Shown: positions 34,304 through 43,053 of the stretch, one piece after another
How positions within the stretch are numbered: position 1 is the first letter of the stretch
Layout of the letters: each line of letters begins with the position of its first letter
Source: Candidatus Nomurabacteria bacterium
GTDB taxonomy: Bacteria; Patescibacteriota; Minisyncoccia; Phycocordibacterales; UBA9973
Assembly (NCBI GenBank): GCA_023267375.1
Contig: JAHFNJ010000005.1
Span: forward strand, 1,285-65,284
Length of the DNA stretch: 64,000 nucleotides
Reading direction: 5' to 3'
Made by a program: the position numbers and the translations under genes
The notes under the pieces: model-generated
Databases searched by the model: none
Seen by the model: only the letters and a program-made list of their open reading frames with translations
What the model was told of the DNA's origin: nothing

Positions 34304-35203
34304 ATGAAAAATAAAAAACAAGTCATATCAATCGCAGCTATTTTCCTGTTATTAGTGTTTATTGCATCTGCTTTGAGTAAAAATAATGATAGTAATCAGT
34401 TGGGAGCAGCAGCACTTAAGCCGGGAATCGCTAATGGGATATATGTCGTGAATGCGGAAAGTAGTACATTGCTCCGGTCGCTCGATGAGGGAAAAACATG
34501 GAAAGAGGTAGCGAACAGCAGTTCGTTGTATAGACCGTATGGCGTTGCTGTTTCAACCTCAGGAGTTATCTATGTAACTGATGCAGGTAATTTGAAAGTT
34601 CTCAAATCAATAGATGGTGGTACTACCTGGACTGATACGACGAACAATATGCAGACAATGGGTCCATTCGCTGTTGCAACTTCTGGGAAAAACATTGTGT
34701 ACGTTACTGACGGCATCGGCAACAGGATTTTTAAATCAGTTGATGCCGGAGCTTCGTGGGTGGATATAACCAATAATGCCGTCCTTAATCATCCATTTGG
34801 GATAGCTGTCGGTCCAGCAGGGGCCGTATATGTGACGAACTACAGCGTTAATACTATTTTTAAATCAACAAACGGGGGCGCTAGCTGGACAGAAATTACC
34901 AATGGCGGAGCATTCAATATCCCTGGCGGAGTAGCTGTCGGGCCAAATGGAACAGTGTACGTTACGAATACAGGAAACAATACTGTCTTAAAATCAACGA
35001 ACGGCGGAACGACATGGACTGATACAACGAATGGAGGAGCATTCTATGTGCCACTTGCAATCGCTACTGCTGGTCCTGGGGTGGTGTATGTTTCAAACTA
35101 CGATGGCAATAAGATATTAAAATCTACAAACAGTGGAGGAACTTGGATTGATATATCCAACGGTGGCGCCTTCAGTCTTCCCGCGGGAATTGGTATCCGT
35201 TGA
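34304..35203 (+). CDS. Secreted beta-propeller protein with BNR/Asp-box (S-x-D/N-x-G-x-T-W) and YVTN-like repeats
   Basis: Signal peptide is MKNKKQVISIAAIFLLLVFIASALS. Five repeats of ...(V/I)YVT(D/N)...(I/V)(L/F)KS.(D/N)GG.(T/S)W.(D/E)(I/T)(T/S)N... (SIDGGTTW, SVDAGASW, STNGGASW, STNGGTTW, STNSGGTW). Confidence 0.6.
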   Translation: MKNKKQVISIAAIFLLLVFIASALSKNNDSNQLGAAALKPGIANGIYVVNAESSTLLRSLDEGKTWKEVANSSSLYRPYGVAVSTSGVIYVTDAGNLKVLKSIDGGTTWTDTTNNMQTMGPFAVATSGKNIVYVTDGIGNRIFKSVDAGASWVDITNNAVLNHPFGIAVGPAGAVYVTNYSVNTIFKSTNGGASWTEITNGGAFNIPGGVAVGPNGTVYVTNTGNNTVLKSTNGGTTWTDTTNGGAFYVPLAIATAGPGVVYVSNYDGNKILKSTNSGGTWIDISNGGAFSLPAGIGIR

Positions 35204-35217
35204 GACTCTCAACGTAA

Positions 35218-36762
35218 ATGGTACAATGGTTTTGTATGGAAAATCATGAAGATTTTATAAAACCAAAGCAGGAAGAAAGTTCAGCAAAGAAAGGCATTAA
35301 GCGTTTTTTCAAGAAGGCGCTTTTTGCGACGACTGGGGTAATGATGGCGACTTCGCCGATGGTCTCTGCCAATCCGGAAAAAGGTGAAAATACAGATCAT
35401 GCGAAAAATAAAATAGAAGTGACTTCAGTAACAAGTCCTGAGAAGTTAAAAGAGGCAACAACAATAAACTTTTCCCAGTATTTCGAAACTGACAAGGCTG
35501 AAATTTCACCCGAAAATGCAGAGAAAATTGAGAAAGATTTCGACGAATTCCTTTCAAAGATAAATGCAGAAAATAGTAAACAGCTCCTTGCTTCTTCGTT
35601 TGTGTTGTATGGATCGAGCGATGAACGTCCGACAACGAAATGGGAGAATAATCTAGCGCTTACCAAGGCGAGGCTTTCTGTTGCAGAGCAGATTCTTTCT
35701 CGTGACCTAAAGAAGTATGATTTTTCTAAGCAGGGACTTTCGGTAGCGCAAATTGAGGCGCTCAAAAATCACCCATTTACTTTTAAAGTCGCGAACGAGG
35801 GACAGAAAGAATTTCCAAATGTTGAGGAAGGGACAACTCCATGGACTGCTATTACAAATCCAACTACTGGGAAACCGTATACAGAAGCAGAGAAATCACA
35901 AGCTCTTCAAGAAGCTCGCCAGGTAAAATTTTATGCAGAAATAATCGCTAGTGCTGAGAAAGGAATTGTGGGAAGCGAATCTGATATTTATGATATTCTC
36001 ACACATAAATTTGCTCCGTATTCAAAAGTAGCAGTTCTTGTCGACAACAGTCCTTCGATGATTAATTCTAAAAATTTACTTGCACGGGCGCTCACACGTA
36101 CCAAGGAAAAGCTTCCGCCGTTTATGGTTGGTACTTTTTCAAATACGGTTGATCGGTTAGTAAAAACTAATGATCCTGGTCAAGTACTCAGTAAACAAGT
36201 CATCGGGCAGGGTAGCGGTAATGAGCGTGTGCTCAAATCAATGATTGATGCGTTTGATCTAGGAGCTGGGAATACAAATCTTTCTGAAAAAGAAGTGATG
36301 ATCTTCGTTACCGATGAAGCGGTTCAGGATGCATCGAAAGTGAATTTCGAAGAACTGCAAAAACGGGCGCAGGAGAATAACTGTGATCTCTACATCATTC
36401 TTATTTCTAAAGATGCTAATAAAACAGTGATGCTTCCATTGAGTGAAATAGAAGCATCATATGACAGAGCTTTCGAGCAGGAAATGAGTGTTCTTGAAGA
36501 GCAAATTGCGAAACTCGAAACAAAAATAAAAAATACAAGTGAGAAAATTACTGAGATGCAGAATGAGGATGCTGTCGGAGGTGGAGACATCACTGTCGCT
36601 GAAACCCGTAAGCATATTCTGCAGAAACATCAGGTAATACTGCGCAAGGTTTCAAACGACCTTCAAGAATTGAAAGAGAAAAGAGATTCGATGACGAAGA
36701 AAGATTTTACCGTCACTCGATACAAGGTTGGGGATGAAACGCTCGCAATGAGCGCTATATAA
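35218..36762 (+). CDS. Secreted von Willebrand factor A (vWA)-domain protein with C-terminal coiled coil
   Basis: 514 aa. Hydrophobic signal-like segment is ALFATTGVMMATSPMVSA. MIDAS-type motif is VAVLVDNSPSM...MIFVTDEAVQD. The K/E-rich C-terminal heptad region is ...EEQIAKLETKIKNTSEKITEMQNED.... The true start may be an internal Met. Confidence 0.55.
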   Translation: MVQWFCMENHEDFIKPKQEESSAKKGIKRFFKKALFATTGVMMATSPMVSANPEKGENTDHAKNKIEVTSVTSPEKLKEATTINFSQYFETDKAEISPENAEKIEKDFDEFLSKINAENSKQLLASSFVLYGSSDERPTTKWENNLALTKARLSVAEQILSRDLKKYDFSKQGLSVAQIEALKNHPFTFKVANEGQKEFPNVEEGTTPWTAITNPTTGKPYTEAEKSQALQEARQVKFYAEIIASAEKGIVGSESDIYDILTHKFAPYSKVAVLVDNSPSMINSKNLLARALTRTKEKLPPFMVGTFSNTVDRLVKTNDPGQVLSKQVIGQGSGNERVLKSMIDAFDLGAGNTNLSEKEVMIFVTDEAVQDASKVNFEELQKRAQENNCDLYIILISKDANKTVMLPLSEIEASYDRAFEQEMSVLEEQIAKLETKIKNTSEKITEMQNEDAVGGGDITVAETRKHILQKHQVILRKVSNDLQELKEKRDSMTKKDFTVTRYKVGDETLAMSAI

Positions 36763-36859
36763 CTTTTTTATAAAATGCATTTATACAACCTAAAAAGGCC
36801 TCATTCTAAGGGGTTTTTGGCTGGTTGTTGTTCGTTCGTTTTAATGACATAATCTTGGT

Positions 36860-37969
36860 ATGGAAAACAACAGTGGCGGTGGATTTGAACGGTATATCTA
36901 TGGATACAAACGTGCAAAACAGGAAGCCGGAAAGGTGGGAGAAGAGACGAAAGGGATAGAAGTAAAAGAGTTTGGCCCGATTGATACAGAGATCAATGGC
37001 TATTTTTTTGAACTCCAGTCGCGTCTTGAGAAAAAAGCAGAAAAAGAAGGTGGGCGATTCAATTACAATACCTACGCCGAAACACTCTGGAAGGAGGTGC
37101 TCGATGGTGGCCAGTCACCAGAACGATTGCAAACTTTCAATAACTTATTGGTCCGAGAGCTACATAAGATAGATATGACTGAACATGTCTACGAACACGT
37201 ACAGCAAAGTTTGATTGATCTCGTAGAACAGTACTCTGATAAGGTAAAAAATATTGCACTCTGGTCAACGGGGGATACTTCGACAACGGGGTATCAGGCG
37301 GGTAAAATCCATAGTGCAGAAATTATTAAGAATTATCTTGCCGCGGTACGGGAATTAAAGAAACCCAAAATTCAGAAAGGTCAAGATAATAAAAAAGAAA
37401 AAACAGCGGATCAGAAATATCTTGATGAAAAAACTGCATACATGGTAGACGATAATAAATTCTCGCGACTCGTGAGTTTTATGGAAGGTAAAATTCCAAG
37501 CGAAGGTGATGAAAAAGTGAAAATAGTTATCATTGAAGATTCCCGAGGCAATTTTGCTAAGGCAGAAAAAGCGCTAACAGCACAGCTTGGAGAAAAAATG
37601 AAAAATGTAGAAATAATTCCAATCTGGGCTGCGTATAGTCGGGAGGGGATACAGGCACAAGAAAAAGCACAAAAGGATGCAAATCCAGATGAAGCGATCG
37701 AAAGACTTCATGATGAAAAAGAGAAGCTCAATACAATTCACAGTTTCAAAGAACTAAAAGGCGAAAAATTTCAGGAGATACTCTCGGATGCGTATGTCTT
37801 TGTCGATTTTGATGGGGTCATCGGTAACAATGTCACCATGCGCCAGAGCCAAGCACGGGCAATTTATGATTCGTTGATGACTACTGTTGTTGATGAGAAT
37901 CATACAGAAGAAAAAATAAAACAAGAAATGATCGAACGGATTAGGAGTATGAAAGAGTCTTCAAAATAA
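36860..37969 (+). CDS. Hypothetical K/E-rich cytoplasmic protein
   Basis: 369 aa. No confident domain. Contains a DxDG-like segment (YVFVDFDGVIGNN) near the C-terminus. Charged and low-complexity. Confidence 0.45.
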   Translation: MENNSGGGFERYIYGYKRAKQEAGKVGEETKGIEVKEFGPIDTEINGYFFELQSRLEKKAEKEGGRFNYNTYAETLWKEVLDGGQSPERLQTFNNLLVRELHKIDMTEHVYEHVQQSLIDLVEQYSDKVKNIALWSTGDTSTTGYQAGKIHSAEIIKNYLAAVRELKKPKIQKGQDNKKEKTADQKYLDEKTAYMVDDNKFSRLVSFMEGKIPSEGDEKVKIVIIEDSRGNFAKAEKALTAQLGEKMKNVEIIPIWAAYSREGIQAQEKAQKDANPDEAIERLHDEKEKLNTIHSFKELKGEKFQEILSDAYVFVDFDGVIGNNVTMRQSQARAIYDSLMTTVVDENHTEEKIKQEMIERIRSMKESSK

Positions 37970-38026
37970 TCTATGCATTTTCCCGAAAAAAATGAACACC
38001 TACCAAGTAGTAACAAAAATCGTCCT

Positions 38027-38686
38027 ATGACTCAACCAGAATTTCACACAAGTGCTTCACCCGAAAAAGAAGCAACAGCATATCTTGCAGAAACGTTGAA
38101 GCATGAGCTTGTGGGTGGTAAAAAAGTGCTCTGGCTACTCTCTGGTGGCTCTGCAGTTCTTGTTGCACAAAAAACAGCAGAAGCATTGCAGGGCATCGAT
38201 ATGAGCAACCTTACTGTTACTTTAATCGATGAGCGGTATGGCGATGTTGGGCACACTGATTCCAATTGGACAAAGCTTCAGAATGCGGGATTTTTTTTAC
38301 CGGGAGCAATGCTACACCCTGTACTTACCGGAGAGAGTAAAGAGACGACCTCGAAACAGTTTGCCGTATTCCTTGAGAATGCCCTCAGGGAAAATGAGTA
38401 TAAAATAGGTCTTTTTGGTATTGGAATAGATGGGCATACTGCCGGAATATTGCCGCACAGTCCGGCTGTGGCAGATACCCGTTTAGTGGTAGGATATACG
38501 ACGGAAACACACGAACGTATTACGACTACACCCGCACTCATCAGAGAACTTGATGAAGCAGTCGTGTACGCAGCTGGTGATGAAAAAAAACAAACACTTG
38601 AAATGTTGAAAGGAGACTATTCGATTGACGAACAACCGGCGCAGGCATTAAAACAAGCAAAAAAATTTATTATTTTTAACGATTAA
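38027..38686 (+). CDS. pgl: 6-phosphogluconolactonase (NagB/RpiA/DevB superfamily)
   Basis: ...KVLWLLSGGSAVLVAQKTAEAL...VTLIDERYGDVGHTDSNW...GLFGIGIDGHTAGILPHSP... matches the Pgl/DevB signature. The track start at 37973 adds 18 aa. Confidence 0.65.
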   Translation: MTQPEFHTSASPEKEATAYLAETLKHELVGGKKVLWLLSGGSAVLVAQKTAEALQGIDMSNLTVTLIDERYGDVGHTDSNWTKLQNAGFFLPGAMLHPVLTGESKETTSKQFAVFLENALRENEYKIGLFGIGIDGHTAGILPHSPAVADTRLVVGYTTETHERITTTPALIRELDEAVVYAAGDEKKQTLEMLKGDYSIDEQPAQALKQAKKFIIFND

Positions 38687-38700
38687 GGGAAAATCATTTT

Positions 38701-39609
38701 ATGAAAATAGCAATTTCTGGTTTGGGGAAAATGGGCATGCAGATTGTTCGCAAGCTGACTGAAGATGGACATGAAGTCATTGCGCACGATATTAATGCAA
38801 GTGCTATCGATGAAGCAAATACATATAACGCAATTCCTGCTGCTACACCAAAAGAAGTTGTCGGCGCGTTCAAAGAAGGGGAACAGTTTGTTGTTTGGAT
38901 TATGGTTCCTTCAGGCGTGGTTGATGATACGCTCGCAAACTGGCTCGAGATTATGCCAAAAGGAAGTATTATTATCGATGGCGGTAATTCAGATTTCCGT
39001 TTGACCAAAGAGCGCTCAAAGAAAGTGAGCAGTGCTGGTTCGTATCTTATTGACTGCGGTACGAGTGGTGGTGTGTGGGGATACAAAAACGGATTTGCCA
39101 TGATGGTTGGAGGTGATGAAGCATCTTTTAAAAAAGTGGAGCCGGTGTTACAAACGCTCGCAAAACCTGAAGGCGCATACCATTATTTCGGCGAAAGTGG
39201 CGCAGGTCACTTTGTGAAAATGACACACAATGCGATCGAGTACGGCATGATGCAGAGCTTGGCGGAAGGGTATCAGTTATTGAAAGATGGTCCGTATAAA
39301 ACTATTGACCTCGGTGCTGCGGGCGAAGTGTGGCAACACCACAGCGTGATTACGTCATGGCTCAATGAACTCTGTCGTGATGCGCTCAAAGCGAATCCAG
39401 AACTTTCCGGTATCGATGGCTTTGTTGCCGAATCTGGCGAAGCACGCTGGGCGCTTGAAGTTGCAAAAGAATTTGCGGTGCCGACGCCGTCGATCCAAGC
39501 ATCGTTTAATGTTCGCTTGGCTTCACAGAAAGGAGTTACCAACTTTGCTACGAAACTATTAGCCGCGATGCGTAATGCATTCGGTGGGCACCAGATTAAT
39601 AAGTCGTAA
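38701..39609 (+). CDS. gnd: 6-phosphogluconate dehydrogenase, decarboxylating, short YqeC-type
   Basis: 302 aa. MKIAISGLGKMGMQIVRKL (Rossmann GxGxxG) followed by the 6PGDH C-terminal domain (...HFVKMTHNAIEYGMMQSLAEGY...). Confidence 0.75.
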   Translation: MKIAISGLGKMGMQIVRKLTEDGHEVIAHDINASAIDEANTYNAIPAATPKEVVGAFKEGEQFVVWIMVPSGVVDDTLANWLEIMPKGSIIIDGGNSDFRLTKERSKKVSSAGSYLIDCGTSGGVWGYKNGFAMMVGGDEASFKKVEPVLQTLAKPEGAYHYFGESGAGHFVKMTHNAIEYGMMQSLAEGYQLLKDGPYKTIDLGAAGEVWQHHSVITSWLNELCRDALKANPELSGIDGFVAESGEARWALEVAKEFAVPTPSIQASFNVRLASQKGVTNFATKLLAAMRNAFGGHQINKS

Positions 39610-39620
39610 TTTATTTATTG

Positions 39621-39812
39621 GGAATCTACCTCAAAAATAATCATGATTATCAGTAATAAAAAAGAATCATTTCGCTACTACGGTCGCCAAAATCAGGCTA
39701 CGAACCGTCGAAACCTTAGTTGCAGTACGATGAGTACTGTTCCTGCGGTTTCTCGGATTCTCGCTTCTGATTTTGGCGACCTCGCGACGCGATTATTTTT
39801 GAGGTAGATTCC
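39621..39812. repeat. 192-bp nested inverted-repeat element (MITE-like or structured RNA) between gnd and zwf
   Basis: Outer 22-bp perfect inverted repeat: GGAATCTACCTCAAAAATAATC (39621-42) paired with GATTATTTTTGAGGTAGATTCC (39791-812). Inner 14-bp inverted repeat: GTCGCCAAAATCAG (39683-96) paired with CTGATTTTGGCGAC (39767-80). The outer right arm ends 10 nt before the zwf ATG. Confidence 0.5.
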
Positions 39813-39822
39813 TTTCTACGCT

Positions 39823-41166
39823 ATGGACACCGAAACACCAGTTATTCTCGTTATTGTAGGTATCACCGGAGACTTGGCGAAGCGTATGATCTTGCCGGCA
39901 ATTGGAAGAATCGCTGCAGCAGGTACGTTGCCGCATCATTTTCATATTTTAGGTGTGACGCGACAAAAGAATGTGTCTATCGACCACTTGCTCGCCAGAG
40001 TTGAGAATAAAGAATTTGTTACCGAGCACCTGCAAATTTTCCAGATGGATTTGGATAGTCCGAAAGAATACCATCGCTTAAAAACAGAGCTTGAAAAAAT
40101 AGAAAAGAAATTTGGTCGTGGAGCACAGCGACTCTTCTATCTTTCTGTCCCACCGCATGTTTCTGAAACGATTATTAAATATCATGGTGCATCTGGTTTG
40201 GCGAAAGTGGAAAAAACAAAACTGTTGCTTGAGAAGCCCTTTGGTATTGATATGGCGACTGCGACTGATCTTGTCGGGGAAATTGAAAAATATTTTTCGA
40301 ATGAGCAGGTATACCGTATTGATCATTATGTGGCGAAGGGAATGGCTCAGAATATAATCGTCTTCCGCGAGGAGAATTCACTGTTCCGTCGGACGTGGAA
40401 TAAAGAGTTTATTGAGCGCATAGAAATTATTGCGAGTGAATCAATTGGGATTGAAGGCCGTATTGGTTTTTATGAACAAGCTGGTGCGTTGCGTGATTAC
40501 GTACAAAACCACCTCTTACAACTAGCCGCACTTACTCTTATGGAAATTCCACCGTCGGGCTCTATGATGGAAGATGTTTCCGTGCGACGACTGGCAGCGC
40601 TTAAGGATCTTTATTTCCCGACAGATGCACCTCTTCAAAAGTACGTGAGGCGCGGGCAGTACCGAGGTTACACACAAGAAGTAGATAATCCAAAAAGTAC
40701 TGTGGAAACATTTACTGCGGTAACACTTTTTTCAAAAAACAGTCGATGGAAGGGGGTTCCTATTGTTCTGGTTGCTGGAAAAATGCTTGAGAAAAAAATG
40801 ACTGAAGTCCGTATCTTTTACAAAAAAGATCAGGAGACAGAATCAAATGAGCTCGTGCTTCGGTTGTATCCCGACGAGGGGGTGCTTATTCGAGTGTGGG
40901 CGAAGCGGCCAGGCTATCAGAAGGACGTAGAAAAACATATACTACGATTTACCTACGCAGATCACTATAAAGTCTTGCCTGAGGCGTACGAGCAGGTGCT
41001 GCTTGACTCCATTCGCTCCGATCAAAGTCGCTTTACCTCAAGTGCCGAGGTGCTTGAATCGTGGCGCATCCTTGCTCCTGTGCAGGAAGCATGGAAAAGG
41101 GGGAGCGACGATTTGTTTCTCTACGAACCAGGAGCCAGTGTCGCGGAGATTCTTACGCAAGAATAA
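39823..41166 (+). CDS. zwf: Glucose-6-phosphate 1-dehydrogenase
   Basis: 447 aa. ...VIVGITGDLAKRMILPAI..., EKPFGIDMATA and RIDHYVAKGMAQNIIVFR are the Zwf signature motifs. Confidence 0.85.
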   Translation: MDTETPVILVIVGITGDLAKRMILPAIGRIAAAGTLPHHFHILGVTRQKNVSIDHLLARVENKEFVTEHLQIFQMDLDSPKEYHRLKTELEKIEKKFGRGAQRLFYLSVPPHVSETIIKYHGASGLAKVEKTKLLLEKPFGIDMATATDLVGEIEKYFSNEQVYRIDHYVAKGMAQNIIVFREENSLFRRTWNKEFIERIEIIASESIGIEGRIGFYEQAGALRDYVQNHLLQLAALTLMEIPPSGSMMEDVSVRRLAALKDLYFPTDAPLQKYVRRGQYRGYTQEVDNPKSTVETFTAVTLFSKNSRWKGVPIVLVAGKMLEKKMTEVRIFYKKDQETESNELVLRLYPDEGVLIRVWAKRPGYQKDVEKHILRFTYADHYKVLPEAYEQVLLDSIRSDQSRFTSSAEVLESWRILAPVQEAWKRGSDDLFLYEPGASVAEILTQE

Positions 41167-41200
41167 TCTAATCGGTGCTATTTCGTACAACGGCTCACGC

Positions 41201-41860
41201 ATGGTATATACTTATCCAATGAAACGTTTTTTCGTTTTTTTACTAAAGACCTGTGGCATCATTCTGGGCGCCGTTGTCATTGTTAATGTGAGTATCGTCT
41301 TGGGATCTGCGCCTTACATATATGAGACTGTTGAGGAGGCGCCAGAAGCAGATCTTGTCTTGGTGCTTGGCGCGGCCGTGTATTCAAACGGTAATTTAAC
41401 TCCGCTGTTTAAAGATCGGGTTGATACCGCGATTGCTTTGTACAACGCAAAGAAAGTCAAAGATATTTTGGTTTCAGGAGATAATGGGACTCTGGAGCAC
41501 AACGAGGTAAATCCTGCTCGGGTATATCTCTTAAAACAGGGCATTCCCGATAAGGACATTTTTTTGGATCATGCCGGCTTTGATACATATAGTACGCTCT
41601 ATCGTGCTCGTGATGTGTTTGGGGTGAAGTCTGTCCTCATCACTACGCAGTCCTTTCATCTGTCGCGTGCGTTATTTATAGCTCGCATGTTAGGCTTACA
41701 TGCCTATGGTGTTGCCGCCGATAATCATGTTCCGCTTCTCAAAAATTATGTTCGGGAATTATTTGCCGATGAGAAGGCCGTGTTTGACGTGATTGTGCAC
41801 CGCGTGCCAAAATACTTAGGAGAACCGATTCCGATAACACCCGAAGGTCAACCACATTAA
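41201..41860 (+). CDS. DUF218 (SanA/YdcF/ElyC-like) membrane-anchored protein
   Basis: Start is MVYTYPMKRFF. N-terminal TM helix. ...DLVLVLGAAVYSNGNLTPLFKDRVDTAIALYNAKKVKDILVSGDNG...GFDTYSTLYRAR...ITTQSFHLSRALFIA matches the DUF218 pattern. The track start at 41003 overlaps the zwf 3' end. Confidence 0.6.
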   Translation: MVYTYPMKRFFVFLLKTCGIILGAVVIVNVSIVLGSAPYIYETVEEAPEADLVLVLGAAVYSNGNLTPLFKDRVDTAIALYNAKKVKDILVSGDNGTLEHNEVNPARVYLLKQGIPDKDIFLDHAGFDTYSTLYRARDVFGVKSVLITTQSFHLSRALFIARMLGLHAYGVAADNHVPLLKNYVRELFADEKAVFDVIVHRVPKYLGEPIPITPEGQPH

Positions 41861-41863
41861 TAT

Positions 41864-42958
41864 ATGAAATTTTCAATCACGCACATTCGAAATTGGTATG
41901 CTCGCAATGAGCGCAGGGTCTCTTCGGTGTCTCTGTTTGGTGGTTTCGTTTTTAATGCGCTTACGCTAAAGCGTGTCGATTTTTTTTGGGAAAATTTTTG
42001 GGTTGTCATCCATCTGCTTGTTGTTGCTCTCTGTATCATCCTCATTAATCGCAATGAAAATAATCCGCAAGCAGAAAAAGATCCGGGGCGGTTTCATTTT
42101 TGGCTGATCACTATCGTACAGTTTTTTTTCGGGGGCCTATTATCCACGTATATTGTTTTTTATTTTCGCTCAACGACATTTTCAGTCACATGGCCGTTCC
42201 TTTTTCTCTTAGCTATTGCCTTTCTTGCGAATGAATCACTCCGCAAGCATTCAACGCGTCTTACGTTTCAGATAAGCCTCTTCTTCCTCTCGGTGCTATC
42301 CTTTGCTATTTTTATCGTGCCAGTATTTTTTCACAAAATTGGAGATGGAGTATTTATCGTCAGCGGAATTGCAAGCCTGGTCATCCTCATGTTTTTTCTC
42401 TACGGTCTTCGTTCTTTTGCTCGTGAACGATTTAAAAAAAATAAACGATGGCTCGCTTTTTCTATTGTTACAATTTTTACACTTGTAAACGTGCTCTACT
42501 TTAGTAATCTCATTCCACCGATACCGCTTTCACTTAAAGACGGAGCTATTTACCACGAAGTTGTAAAAGATGGGAATGGTAATTATCTTGTGCGGGATGA
42601 GGTGAGGGGGTGGCTCGATTATTTTAAAATACACCAAAGCATCCATGTACTTCCCGGTGATGTCTTGTATGCATACAGCGCTATATTTTCTCCGGCGTTA
42701 TTCAATACTGATATTATTCACGAATGGCAACTCTATGATGAGTCGTCACAATCATGGATCACCACAAATCAAGTGATTCTTTCTGCGCTTGGCGGGCGAG
42801 AAGGAGGGTTTCGTACGTATTCAAAAAAAAGTGGAATAACTCCCGGTAAATGGCGGGTGAACGTTGAAACACGAAAAGGGCAAGTGATTGGCCGTTTGCA
42901 GTTTAATGTTGCTGTGGTTGGGGAAGAGCCCGTTTTAATACAAAAAATAAAAGAGTAG
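41864..42958 (+). CDS. Hypothetical polytopic membrane protein with soluble C-terminal domain
   Basis: 364 aa. About 6 predicted TM helices in the N-terminal 220 aa. The C-terminal ~140-aa hydrophilic domain is unassigned. Confidence 0.5.
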   Translation: MKFSITHIRNWYARNERRVSSVSLFGGFVFNALTLKRVDFFWENFWVVIHLLVVALCIILINRNENNPQAEKDPGRFHFWLITIVQFFFGGLLSTYIVFYFRSTTFSVTWPFLFLLAIAFLANESLRKHSTRLTFQISLFFLSVLSFAIFIVPVFFHKIGDGVFIVSGIASLVILMFFLYGLRSFARERFKKNKRWLAFSIVTIFTLVNVLYFSNLIPPIPLSLKDGAIYHEVVKDGNGNYLVRDEVRGWLDYFKIHQSIHVLPGDVLYAYSAIFSPALFNTDIIHEWQLYDESSQSWITTNQVILSALGGREGGFRTYSKKSGITPGKWRVNVETRKGQVIGRLQFNVAVVGEEPVLIQKIKE

Positions 42959-43053
42959 ATACCGATGCACTGAATTAAAATACACCACGATTTCATATTT
43001 TTTCAATGTCATATAAGTTTACTAACTTCACAAAATACTAGTATACTAGAGCA

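Noticed and set aside
39621-39812. Nested inverted-repeat element as a rho-independent terminator for gnd
   Set aside because: The stems are AT-rich and 22 bp long, enclosing 150 nt. No T-run follows the 3' arm, and zwf begins 10 nt later. It is not a typical intrinsic terminator geometry.
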